In this document: positions 8,833 to 17,293 of the stretch, piece by piece | Layout of the letters: each line of letters opens with the position of its first letter | Numbering within the stretch: the first letter of the stretch is position 1 | NCBI GenBank assembly: GCA_041223665.1 | Contig: JBCLQO010000009.1 | Location: 61,595 to 85,594 of the forward strand | DNA from: Lachnospiraceae bacterium 46-15 | GTDB taxonomy: Bacteria > Bacillota > Clostridia > Lachnospirales > Lachnospiraceae | Direction of reading: 5' to 3' | Length of the DNA: 24,000 nt | Program-made: the position numbers and the translations under genes | Notes under the pieces: generated by a model | Told to the model about the DNA's origin: nothing | What the model saw: the letters and a program-made list of their open reading frames with translations, nothing else | The model's database searches: none

Positions 8833-11532
8833 ATGATGAAGATGTCGGAGATTACAATTGTAAAAGGCGAAGAGTTTAAGATATCGGTAAAGAAAGAGAT
8901 TCAGGAAAATGATATTTTTATAAATGAATACAGGCGGGCTGCAGTTATGCTGAATGAGATTGCGGGGGTTTTGAAGGAGGCGAAAAAAGAAGAGGCAGTT
9001 TGTTTATGGAAAGAGAGCGATTTTGAAAATAATATTATTGCATTTTGCGGGGAGCGGGGCGAGGGGAAAAGCAGTGTGATGCTGACCTTCGCCAATGCGG
9101 TGTATGAGGATAAAAACAGGGAAAATGCTATTTTTTTGGAGTGTAAAAATTTAAAGAAGCTGCATTTTGCAGAGCCGATTTTGATAGATCCGTCTTTGTT
9201 TGATGATGTACATAATGTGCTGGATATTGTATTGGCGAAGCTTTTCCGGCGCTTTTGTGTATATTATGAAAATAACAACCAGAGTGTGGGCGAACAGGCA
9301 AGGGAGCGGCTGCTCAATCGATTTCAGACAGTTTACCGTTATGTTTCGCTGATTAATAACCAGAAACAAATGCTGGACGATGAGTTTGATTATGAAGGAA
9401 ATATCAGTAAATTGAAGAAGCTGGGAGAAAGCTCTGCGCTGAAAGAGGAATTGGAAAAACTGGTGAAAGAGTATCTGAAAGTTATGGGCGGATGTGAAAA
9501 AGAGAGCCAGCTTCTGCTTGCAATTGATGATTTGGATTTGTGCAGTGCAAACGCTTACAAAATGACGGAGCAGATTCGGAAATATTTAATCATTCCCCAT
9601 GTATTTATTGTTATAAGTGTGAAGATTGAGCAGCTGGAGCTGTGTATCCGGGAAAAGAATCTGAAAGATTTTCAGGAAATTTATAAAAATAAAGAAGAAA
9701 ATATATATGGGCAGTTAAACAGGGAAGTAGAGGTGATGGCTGAGCGGTATGTGGCAAAGCTGATTCCGAAGAAGAGGCGGATTTATCTTCCGAAGGTACA
9801 GAATTTTGAAGAAGTGCGTATTGTTTATAAAGAAACGCAGGAAGGGGAAAAGCTATGGGATTCTAATGAAAAGAAGGGCTTTATTTGTGCAGTGCTGGAT
9901 TTGATTTATGACAGGACAGGAATGCGCTTTTTGCCGGAAGAGGGCGGGAGCAGCTATCTGCTGCCAAACAACTTGAGAGATATGATTAGCTGGATGGCGG
10001 TAATTGCAGAAATGGAAAATCCGGAAGGCAAGGATGCTGTTTATCTCCAGAATATAAAGAAGTTTGAAAAATATTTTCAGGAATGGACAGAAGATAACCT
10101 AAAGCTATATGACGGACTGGATTTGCAGGATATAGGAAATATGAAGGCGTTTTATTTACATAGGGCGGCACGGTGCATACTGGAAGAAATACGCCAGGAT
10201 ATTGACAGGAAATTTGCGGAACAATCCGAATCATTTATAAAGAATCAGCCGGCTGGTTTTTCACAAATCATGAGTTGTCTTGAGAATTTAAAAAACAGGC
10301 TGGTGGACATGCATAAAGGGGCAGGTATCTGTCAGCTGCGCACGTTGTATACGATAAAGCTGAATAAATTTTTAAGGAGCAGCCGGGGGAATGAAATGGT
10401 AAGGTTTCTGGACGGATATATCTGGGGGAAAGGGTTTTCAGGTTTGATTCCTGCGTATGGGAACACAAAGATCGACCGCTCACGGTTTTCTATAGGAATG
10501 ATCAAGGCTTTTAATAAAATCTTGGAAAAAGTGGATAAAAATGCAGAAGGATTGGAGATTCCTGAGGACGTGAAACGGTATACGTTGTCCAATATTCCGG
10601 GACAGAATCGGGAGTCTTATATAAAAGCGTGGATGCTTCTGGGACTGCTCTCAAACCTGCAAAATGATAAAGGGGAACTCCAATGTTTGGCGGATGGCGC
10701 GCTTATATCGGGAAACAGGCAGCCGTCCAGCTATATTCAAATCAGCCTGGAAAATTATCTGGCAGGTTTATGCAGCCTGGAGTTCATGTATGAAAAGATG
10801 GGGATGAGGCTGCTTGGTATAGAGGATAAAGAATTTCAAGAGGTAACTGCGGTTTTAGCGGATAAAAATCAGGCGGGCATTCAATGCGCAAGAACAATTG
10901 CTTCAAATGTGGATGTGGCGCTGGGAGTCAGGGGCTACTGCATGAAAAACCGGAATTACAAGGAAAGGACAAAAGATGAAACAGAGCGCAGCTGGAGGCT
11001 GGCAGAACTTTTCTTTAAGAATGTGGCGGGCTATATGAAGCAGCAGGGAATGGAGTATAACCCACATGATTTGGATATTTTTTCGGTAGGTACAGAAGAG
11101 GAGGGAATTTGCATCAGTGAATTGTATGCGGAGCTTTTGGATTTGAGTATACAAGATATGGAGTTAAAGAACCAGCAGGAAAAAAGCGAGCAAATAGAGA
11201 AAGCCGTAGCAGAGTTTAGAAGGGATCTGGAGGAAATCCCAGAGAAGTGGAATCCGAAACCAGTCAATGTAGCTGGATGGATAAATAGCACAGTAGCAGA
11301 ATCGGTTAAGAGAAACTTGGAGAATCTGGCCCTTGATGTGAAGAATTACATGTGGGAACATAAAAGACAGCCAGAAGGCTTGGATGTGGAAGGGCTGTGC
11401 AAATTATACGAAAGTGTTATGCAGGGCTATCTGAAAGGGAAAAGGACAGAACTTCCAGAAGAAGTGAAAGAAGAGTATAAAAGGTTTGCAGCAGTTTTGA
11501 ACAGCATGAAAATAAAGACAGATGAGAATTAA
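8833..11532 (+). CDS. rdrA: RADAR system ATPase RdrA-like (KAP-like P-loop NTPase)
   Basis: 899-aa P-loop protein with Walker A GERGEGKSS (residues 73-81) and Walker B QLLLAIDDLDLC; located 26 nt upstream of a divergent ~855-aa adenosine deaminase, the RADAR gene order. Start could also be ATG 8842. Confidence 0.85.
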   Translation: MMKMSEITIVKGEEFKISVKKEIQENDIFINEYRRAAVMLNEIAGVLKEAKKEEAVCLWKESDFENNIIAFCGERGEGKSSVMLTFANAVYEDKNRENAIFLECKNLKKLHFAEPILIDPSLFDDVHNVLDIVLAKLFRRFCVYYENNNQSVGEQARERLLNRFQTVYRYVSLINNQKQMLDDEFDYEGNISKLKKLGESSALKEELEKLVKEYLKVMGGCEKESQLLLAIDDLDLCSANAYKMTEQIRKYLIIPHVFIVISVKIEQLELCIREKNLKDFQEIYKNKEENIYGQLNREVEVMAERYVAKLIPKKRRIYLPKVQNFEEVRIVYKETQEGEKLWDSNEKKGFICAVLDLIYDRTGMRFLPEEGGSSYLLPNNLRDMISWMAVIAEMENPEGKDAVYLQNIKKFEKYFQEWTEDNLKLYDGLDLQDIGNMKAFYLHRAARCILEEIRQDIDRKFAEQSESFIKNQPAGFSQIMSCLENLKNRLVDMHKGAGICQLRTLYTIKLNKFLRSSRGNEMVRFLDGYIWGKGFSGLIPAYGNTKIDRSRFSIGMIKAFNKILEKVDKNAEGLEIPEDVKRYTLSNIPGQNRESYIKAWMLLGLLSNLQNDKGELQCLADGALISGNRQPSSYIQISLENYLAGLCSLEFMYEKMGMRLLGIEDKEFQEVTAVLADKNQAGIQCARTIASNVDVALGVRGYCMKNRNYKERTKDETERSWRLAELFFKNVAGYMKQQGMEYNPHDLDIFSVGTEEEGICISELYAELLDLSIQDMELKNQQEKSEQIEKAVAEFRRDLEEIPEKWNPKPVNVAGWINSTVAESVKRNLENLALDVKNYMWEHKRQPEGLDVEGLCKLYESVMQGYLKGKRTELPEEVKEEYKRFAAVLNSMKIKTDEN

Positions 11533-11558
11533 GACAGCGCACGAAAAGAGGAGCATAT

Positions 11559-14126
11559 ATGGATATCGAAAAAGGGAGCCTGGAGATATTATTTTTGAAA
11601 ATTCCATATAATAAAATTTCAGTCAGGCAATCCATAGGCGGGGGACGGCACGATTATGGGAAAGTTTCGGAAGAATTGTACATGCAGTATGCCCAAAGCG
11701 TTTTTCCGCGCTATTCTGAGGATGAGAGGCAGAATCACTACCTGAAATTAGTCCAGGATATGAAGCAAAATCCGGAAGGGCAGCCGAATGTTTTCCGGTT
11801 TATTATGGGAATTGCAAAGAGGCTGCTCATATATGACGGAAATGAGATTACATGCAAATTTGACGAAATGCTGCGGTGGCGGGAGATATCCTTTCAGTTG
11901 GGGCAGGACTTTTTCGCTTGCGCGTTTCTGGCAGCACATGATTTAGAGTGGGGGTATCAATGCAAAAGCTTTTCGTGGCAGCCAATTATACGCAGCGATG
12001 ACAGCCGGTTACATAATATTTTGGAACAGGGGCTGGCAGAGAACCATTTTCATCTGACAGGTTCTACGAAGGTGTTTGAACTGAACTGGATATGTGTGAT
12101 GAATTTGATTGACGGGAGATGGCATGATTTCAGGAAGATTCCCGGCGCTTTGCAGGTTCATCAGGCGGACAGGGTCAGGAGTGAAGGGAAGCAGGAGGGA
12201 TTTTATGCGGAATGCCAGAGAGCGGCGCTTTACCGGGTTTATTTGTTTGCAGTTCTGAAAGGAAATGAGGGCTTAAAGAAGGTAATTTCAAAAATCATGG
12301 AAAAGGCAGATAGCCATATTCCGATGGAGCTGCTGGTGGGGGAAATCCAGGATGCCATAGTTCTGGCAAAACATGTCTATGGCGCGCGGGTGGAGGACAG
12401 ATATATTTTGGATTATGCGTTTGAGAAAGATATGACAGATTGTAATCAGAGAGAGTATTATCTGCTGGCGGGTGAACGGAGGTTTTTGTATGAATGTTAT
12501 AAGGCGTGTGTTTCTGGGGATTTTGGCGCTTATGAAAAAAATCTGTTTTATGTTTATCTCTCTATCCGTACCCATTTCCGCGGGGAATTGATTCAGGTAA
12601 ACAGACAGGTAGGATTTGAGAATTTCAGCAAGTATCAGGACAGGAAGGAGATTTTTATTGAAGGGCAGAAGGAGTATGAGGATGAGCTGGTTCGGCTGGC
12701 TTTAAATGGAACGTTGAAATGCCAGAATATAGTTTCCCTGGAGGCGCGCATCTGTCCGAAGAAGAGCGCTTTAAAGTTGTATGGCGCCATTAAAAAGAAT
12801 CAGGCAATCGTGAAAGGGAATTCTGACAGAAGTAAGGAGGAGAAAAAACAGTCAGATGAAAAGCAAGCGAAAAAGATCATATATGTATTGCATTTTCCTA
12901 AGCAGAAAGACGAAAAGTTTTCCGTGGGTTTGCCGAGAAACCACAATGTGAGGATGGATACAAAAAGAAAAGCGAGGAGTATTGCGTCGCTGCTGGAAAA
13001 GGGAACAGAGGTAAATGGACAAATCCGGGGAATCGATACGTGTTCCAGTGAAATCCATTGCAGGCCGGAGGTATTTGCCCAGGCATTCCGGTATCTGTTG
13101 GATTTGGAGTTTTCGTGCAGGGAAGGAGTGCATAGGCGGCATGACAGGCATGGATGGAGAACGAAGCTGCACGCTACGTATCATGCAGGGGAAGATTTTT
13201 TGGATATTGCGGACGGGCTGCGGGCGATAGATGAAACCCTGTTGTTTTGCGGTTTAAAAAGGGGAAGCAGGATTGGGCACGGTCTTGCCATGGGAATAAA
13301 TCCGGATGAGTACTATAAATATAAAGGGTATAAGCTGGTCATGCCAAAACAGCTTTTACTGGATGACATTGCCTGGCTGTTAAGTAAAGCGGAAGAGACG
13401 GGCTGTGTCATAGAGAACCGACTGAAGGCAGAGCTTAAAGAAAGATATTGCAGTTTGTATGATGAGATTTACCGGGAACATGTGAGAGGAAAGTTTAAGG
13501 CGTCGGTGGCGGAATATTATCAGAGCTGGAAACTCAGAGGGGATAATCCGCAGGTATATCGGCTGGAGGAACGGGAATTTCTGAAAAGGCTAGAACAAAC
13601 GCCGCTGCTCAGATTTGACAGATATGAGTTCAATGACAGGGTTAGTAACCATATCAGAAAAATAGAATCCTGCAGGGAACTGTATTTTGCCTATCATTAC
13701 CATCAGAAGGTGCGGGAGATTGGAGATGAGAGGATAGAATTAAAGGTAGACCAGCGGTATGAGGCGCTTATATGTCAGATCCAGGATAAAATGATTCAGC
13801 AATTGGTACACAGAGGGATTGGAATCGAAACAAACCCTTCATCAAACTATTTGATAGGAACTATCACAAAATATGAGGAACATCCAATCCTGCGGTTTAA
13901 TTCAAGAAAGCTGAAGCCAGTTCAGCCGAATATGTCCCTGAACGTATCAATTAATACAGACGACCAGGGAGTATTTGACACTTCGCTGGAAAATGAATAT
14001 GCGCTTATGGCGCTGGCATTGAGAAAGGCAAAGGATAAGGACTGTCGGCCGCTGTATGATATTGAGGATATTTATGAATGGATAGATTATGTCCGCAAGA
14101 TGGGATTGGAGCAGATTTTTTCATAA
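11559..14126 (+). CDS. rdrB: RADAR system divergent adenosine deaminase RdrB-like
   Basis: 855 aa; HxH in ENHFHLTGST (H163/H165), TYHAGE (H542/E545), RIGHG (H574), INTDD (D801/D802), PSSN motif; size and partner gene match RdrB. Good RBS AAAGAGGAG. Confidence 0.88.
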   Translation: MDIEKGSLEILFLKIPYNKISVRQSIGGGRHDYGKVSEELYMQYAQSVFPRYSEDERQNHYLKLVQDMKQNPEGQPNVFRFIMGIAKRLLIYDGNEITCKFDEMLRWREISFQLGQDFFACAFLAAHDLEWGYQCKSFSWQPIIRSDDSRLHNILEQGLAENHFHLTGSTKVFELNWICVMNLIDGRWHDFRKIPGALQVHQADRVRSEGKQEGFYAECQRAALYRVYLFAVLKGNEGLKKVISKIMEKADSHIPMELLVGEIQDAIVLAKHVYGARVEDRYILDYAFEKDMTDCNQREYYLLAGERRFLYECYKACVSGDFGAYEKNLFYVYLSIRTHFRGELIQVNRQVGFENFSKYQDRKEIFIEGQKEYEDELVRLALNGTLKCQNIVSLEARICPKKSALKLYGAIKKNQAIVKGNSDRSKEEKKQSDEKQAKKIIYVLHFPKQKDEKFSVGLPRNHNVRMDTKRKARSIASLLEKGTEVNGQIRGIDTCSSEIHCRPEVFAQAFRYLLDLEFSCREGVHRRHDRHGWRTKLHATYHAGEDFLDIADGLRAIDETLLFCGLKRGSRIGHGLAMGINPDEYYKYKGYKLVMPKQLLLDDIAWLLSKAEETGCVIENRLKAELKERYCSLYDEIYREHVRGKFKASVAEYYQSWKLRGDNPQVYRLEEREFLKRLEQTPLLRFDRYEFNDRVSNHIRKIESCRELYFAYHYHQKVREIGDERIELKVDQRYEALICQIQDKMIQQLVHRGIGIETNPSSNYLIGTITKYEEHPILRFNSRKLKPVQPNMSLNVSINTDDQGVFDTSLENEYALMALALRKAKDKDCRPLYDIEDIYEWIDYVRKMGLEQIFS

Positions 14127-14130
14127 AAGT

Positions 14131-14170
14131 TCCCCTGTATTTTCACCATATAAGGAGAAAATACAGGGGA
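14131..14170. terminator. bidirectional terminator between rdrB and the VanZ-like gene
   Basis: TCCCCTGTATTTT (14131-14143) / AAAATACAGGGGA (14158-14170), perfect 13-bp stem, convergent genes on both sides. Confidence 0.7.
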
Positions 14171-14175
14171 TTATT

Positions 14176-15207
14176 CTACATATCAAAAAACCAGTCTTTT
14201 TCTCTTTTGGCCCGCCTGCGCCTTTTAGGGGGGACCGCCTGCGGCGGCTGTGAAGGGCGCGGCGGCTGCTCATCGATTCCCCAGTCATTTGCCCTCGCGG
14301 GGTCTTGCCAGTCAGGGGAATAGGTTTCATCACGGGGGCTGTCGATGTCGATAGCTTCCTCGTCAAGCCATTCCTCTTCCGGTTCCTGATAAGACCGTTC
14401 CGGCCGCTGCCAGTAATCATCCTGTGTACCACGTGAAGGGGGCGGATAGCTGCTTTGCTGTTGGCGGGGTGGTTCGTAATAGCTGCCTTGCGGGGGATAG
14501 GGCGGTTCACGATAGCTGCCCTGCGGCGCATAAGGTGGTTCATGATAGCTGCCTTGCGGCGGATAAGGCGGCTGCCGATATCCTTCCGGTTCCCGGTAAG
14601 GGGGCGCCGGATATCCTTCCCGGCTGTAAGGCTGACGCGGATACGGTACATCGGAATATTCGCCGTCATAGCCGGTTGTATCTTTGAACCGCTGTTTCTT
14701 TCCGCGCATTTTCCGGTTCCTTTTCGGACGGAAAATGGTTTTTCGTCCCGTCCACCCGATAATGCGTACCAGAAGAATTCCAAAGAAGATTCCTACGCTG
14801 TCGATGCATACATCCTTTGCAGAAGGGCTGCGCCCCGCAACCAGGGACTGGTGATATTCATCCCCGCAGGCAAAAGCCACGCAGATGAAACCCGCCGTCA
14901 GCATCAGCAGAAAACCATGGAGGCCGTATACATATAGTGGAAAAGCCACAGCCACGGCAAGGGCGAAATATTCAGCCATATGTGCCAGTTTCCGTGTGAT
15001 AAAATGGATTTTATCTGCCCACTCTGCTATCTGCCATTCTTCGAGGTTTGCGTCGAAAATGTAGTCGGCCGCCTCTATGATTTTACAGCTGGCTTTGTAG
15101 CTCATCTGTGAGGAAACCTCCCCCGGCTGGGCAGAAAAGGAGAAAATCATATACATAAGCAGCAGTGCCGGGAGAAACGACAATGGCTTTAATAAACTTC
15201 GAATCAT
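14176..15207 (-). CDS. VanZ-like family membrane protein with long Pro/Tyr-rich C-terminal tail
   Basis: IFSFSAQPGEVSS...KLAHMAEYFALA...DEYHQSLVAGRSPSAKDVCIDSVG is the VanZ signature; likely start ATG at 15207 behind AAAGGAGG (ORF track extends to 15246). Confidence 0.85.
   Translation of the reverse strand: MIRSLLKPLSFLPALLLMYMIFSFSAQPGEVSSQMSYKASCKIIEAADYIFDANLEEWQIAEWADKIHFITRKLAHMAEYFALAVAVAFPLYVYGLHGFLLMLTAGFICVAFACGDEYHQSLVAGRSPSAKDVCIDSVGIFFGILLVRIIGWTGRKTIFRPKRNRKMRGKKQRFKDTTGYDGEYSDVPYPRQPYSREGYPAPPYREPEGYRQPPYPPQGSYHEPPYAPQGSYREPPYPPQGSYYEPPRQQQSSYPPPSRGTQDDYWQRPERSYQEPEEEWLDEEAIDIDSPRDETYSPDWQDPARANDWGIDEQPPRPSQPPQAVPPKRRRRAKREKDWFFDM
14446..14584 (-). repeat. 33-nt in-frame tandem repeats (11-aa unit PPYxPQGSYxE)
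   Basis: (g/a)atagctgcc(t/c)tgcgg recurs at 14478, 14511 and 14544, spacing exactly 33 nt; protein PPYPPQGSYHE/PPYAPQGSYRE/PPYPPQGSYYE. Confidence 0.85.
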
Positions 15208-15285
15208 AAAATTTGTACCTCCTTTTAAGAAAGTGTCCAGGGTCAACCTATCATAACACCTTGGAGGTCTGCTGTCCAGAGGCGT

Positions 15286-16644
15286 TTAACCCAATCCCAG
15301 CAGCCGTGTGGCAAACTGGAAGTAAACCAGCAGTGAGATAGCATCTACAATCGTGGTGATAAACGGGCTTGCCATAACAGCCGGGTCGAATCCGAGCCGG
15401 GATGCAATCAGCGGCAGGGTACAGCCTACAACCTTCGCGCAGAAGATGGTGACAAACAGCGTCAGGCAGATGGTGAATGCCACCAGTATCGTTAGATGGT
15501 CGACGAGCAGCAGTTTTCCGAAATTGCACACGGCCAGGGTAAGCCCGCAGAGTAAGGCTACACGGACTTCTTTCCAGATGACACGGAAAATATCACGGAA
15601 CTCTACTTCTTTCAAAGAAATTCCGCGGATGACGGTTACGGACGCCTGGCTTCCTGAGTTTCCTCCGGTATCCATCAGCATAGGGATGTAGGCGGTCAGG
15701 ACGACATATTTTGACAGGGCGTCTTCGAAGCTGGTAATGATAAATCCGGTAAAAGTCGCGGAAATCATCAGGAGCAGCAGCCAGGGCATACGGCTTTTCC
15801 AGAGATCGAAGGTGGTCTGTTTCAGGTAGGGTTTGTCTGCCGGAACGATAGCAGCCATCTTTTCAATATCTTCCGTGGTTTCCTCTTCCATGACCTCCAG
15901 CACGTCATCAATGGTGACAATGCCCACCAGACGTTCTTCACGGTCAACCACGGGCATAGCCAGGAATCCGTATTTGGAGAACTGCCGGGCAACGGTTTCC
16001 TGATCCTCCAGGGTAGATACGGAAATGATGTTTTCTTCCATCAAATCTTCCATGGTTTCGTCAGAACCTGCCATAATCAAATCGCGGATAGTCACGACGC
16101 CCATCAGCTGCCTGCCTTTTGCGCAGACATAGCAGTTGTTAATCGTTTCTTTATTAATACCGCTGCGGCGGAGATGCAGGATAGCTTCTTCAGCTGTCAT
16201 TTTTGGGCGCAGCTCTACAAACTCTGTGGTCATGATGCTGCCGGCGGAGTCGTCAGGGTACTGCAGGATGGTATTAATCATTTTACGCTTTTCAGCGTCT
16301 GCCTGGATAAGAATACGCTTTACCACATTAGCAGGCATTTCTTCCACAAGGTCAACGGCATCATCCACGTAGAGTTCATCTACGACTTCTTTCAGCTCGT
16401 TATCGGAGAACCCTTTAATCAGCATATGCTGTGTGTCGGGCTCCATTTCAACAAAAGTATCGGCGGCCAGCTCTTTAGGGAGCAGGCGGTACAGAAGAGG
16501 AACAGTTTCCTCGGGAATATCTTCAAACAGAGAAGCCACATCGGCGGCGTTCATTGTGGTGAGGATATCACGGAGCGTTGCGTACTTTTTCTCCTCTGCC
16601 AGCGATTTGATACTTTTTTTCAGGGTTTCAAAAGCATCGGTCAT
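15286..16644 (-). CDS. mgtE: magnesium transporter
   Basis: MgtE N domain, CBS pair (MTTEFVELRPKMTAEEAI, ENIISVSTLEDQETVARQFSKYGFLAMPVVD) and TM domain with TGGNSGSQAS. Confidence 0.95.
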   Translation of the reverse strand: MTDAFETLKKSIKSLAEEKKYATLRDILTTMNAADVASLFEDIPEETVPLLYRLLPKELAADTFVEMEPDTQHMLIKGFSDNELKEVVDELYVDDAVDLVEEMPANVVKRILIQADAEKRKMINTILQYPDDSAGSIMTTEFVELRPKMTAEEAILHLRRSGINKETINNCYVCAKGRQLMGVVTIRDLIMAGSDETMEDLMEENIISVSTLEDQETVARQFSKYGFLAMPVVDREERLVGIVTIDDVLEVMEEETTEDIEKMAAIVPADKPYLKQTTFDLWKSRMPWLLLLMISATFTGFIITSFEDALSKYVVLTAYIPMLMDTGGNSGSQASVTVIRGISLKEVEFRDIFRVIWKEVRVALLCGLTLAVCNFGKLLLVDHLTILVAFTICLTLFVTIFCAKVVGCTLPLIASRLGFDPAVMASPFITTIVDAISLLVYFQFATRLLGLG

Positions 16645-16680
16645 TGGTCTTTCCTCCTATTTACATTTTCTGCATATACT

Positions 16681-16785
16681 TCACCGGAAAAACGGAAAAG
16701 TACAGATAGTGAGTAAAGACACAACAAAAGAACCGTATAGAGAAATCAGCAGCCAAATGGACACATAGGTGTACATCTGCCGCAT
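16681..16785 (-). CDS. putative 34-aa hydrophobic small protein upstream of mgtE
   Basis: MRQMYTYVSIWLLISLYGSFVVSLLTICTFPFFR*, with AAAGG 7 nt upstream of the ATG; overlaps the end of the 27-aa ORF; one predicted TM segment. Confidence 0.35.
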   Translation of the reverse strand: MRQMYTYVSIWLLISLYGSFVVSLLTICTFPFFR

Positions 16786-16829
16786 AAAGGAACCTTTGCC
16801 GTGCCGCTACTGCAACTGTCTGCGTCCAT
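16746..16829 (-). CDS. putative 27-aa Cys-rich small ORF between riboswitch and mgtE
   Basis: MDADSCSSGTAKVPLCGRCTPMCPFGC*, ATG preceded by a strong SD (AAAGGAGG). Confidence 0.45.
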   Translation of the reverse strand: MDADSCSSGTAKVPLCGRCTPMCPFGC

Positions 16830-16874
16830 AAAACTGCCTCCTTTCAAAGAATTTTTAAAAAGTCAAATCAAAGT

Positions 16875-16894
16875 CCCCGCCGCAAGCAGCGGGG
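16875..16894. repeat. GC-rich hairpin, second copy of the 7729-7748 type
   Basis: CCCCGCTGCTTGCGGCGGGG on the minus strand (one G-T wobble), followed by ...TTTGACTTTTT as at 7729. Confidence 0.55.
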
Positions 16895-16909
16895 CATCAA
16901 ACTTGAAAT

Positions 16910-16933
16910 AAAAAACCACTGCCTGAACAGTGG
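16910..16933 (-). terminator. intrinsic terminator-like hairpin in the mgtE leader
   Basis: Minus strand CCACTG-ttcagg-CAGTGG followed by TTTTTT. Confidence 0.6.
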
Positions 16934-16957
16934 TGCGCATAAAAAAATCCGCAGACC

Positions 16958-17112
16958 GTTCAAGCTTTAGCATCACAGGGCGTGAAACTGCATTAGGTAA
17001 CGCCTTCTACGACGTCACCTGCTGACCTTCTCGTTGTGTCTCCACAGCTTCGCGGCAGCAGTCCATATCCCTGCGGTAGCCTCACCTACCGAATCAACGA
17101 TATTGTTTATGA
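16958..17112 (-). ncRNA. M-box (ykoK) magnesium riboswitch
   Basis: Minus strand ...CGGTAGGTGAGGCTACCGCAGGGATATGGAC-TGCTGCCGC ... GTTACCTAATGCAG ... GTGATGCTAAAGCTT matches recognisable M-box conserved blocks; sits upstream of mgtE. Boundaries approximate. Confidence 0.88.
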
Positions 17113-17123
17113 TATCTATATCT

Positions 17124-17152
17124 AATCTACACGTTTCGGTTTGCTTTGTCAA
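17124..17152 (-). promoter_or_regulatory. promoter of the M-box/mgtE transcript
   Basis: Minus strand TTGACA (17152-17147), 17-nt spacer, TAGATT (17129-17124). Confidence 0.6.
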
Positions 17153-17293
17153 TATTTAAATTCAGGATTGCTGCTGTAATCGGCAATCTCCGCAACAAAC
17201 TATGTCTGTATCCGAGAAAAGTATATAAAACAACATGCAGGTATGCTATACTAAAAAGAAATTTTTGAGATTTTCAAGATAAAGGAAGGATGT

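Noticed and set aside
8833-11532. Possibility that the ATPase is a standalone STAND/AAA regulator or Avs-like protein
   Set aside because: Its immediate partner is a divergent adenosine deaminase of RdrB size, and it lacks obvious sensor repeats or a nuclease domain; RADAR fits better.
11559-14126. Housekeeping adenosine deaminase (add)
   Set aside because: At 855 aa it is far longer than ~350-aa ADA, with a large insertion and a coupled ATPase gene.
14446-14584. Possible CRISPR-like array
   Set aside because: 33-nt periodicity with no unique spacers; it is an in-frame protein repeat.
14121-14783. 220-aa minus-strand ORF over the VanZ tail and intergenic hairpin
   Set aside because: Alternate frame of the 33-nt repeats in the VanZ-like gene, no RBS, Arg/Ile-rich shadow composition, crosses the terminator.
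14424-14937. Plus-strand ORFs (87 and 160 aa) antisense to the VanZ-like gene
   Set aside because: Antisense to a well-supported family member; repeat-derived low-complexity sequence.
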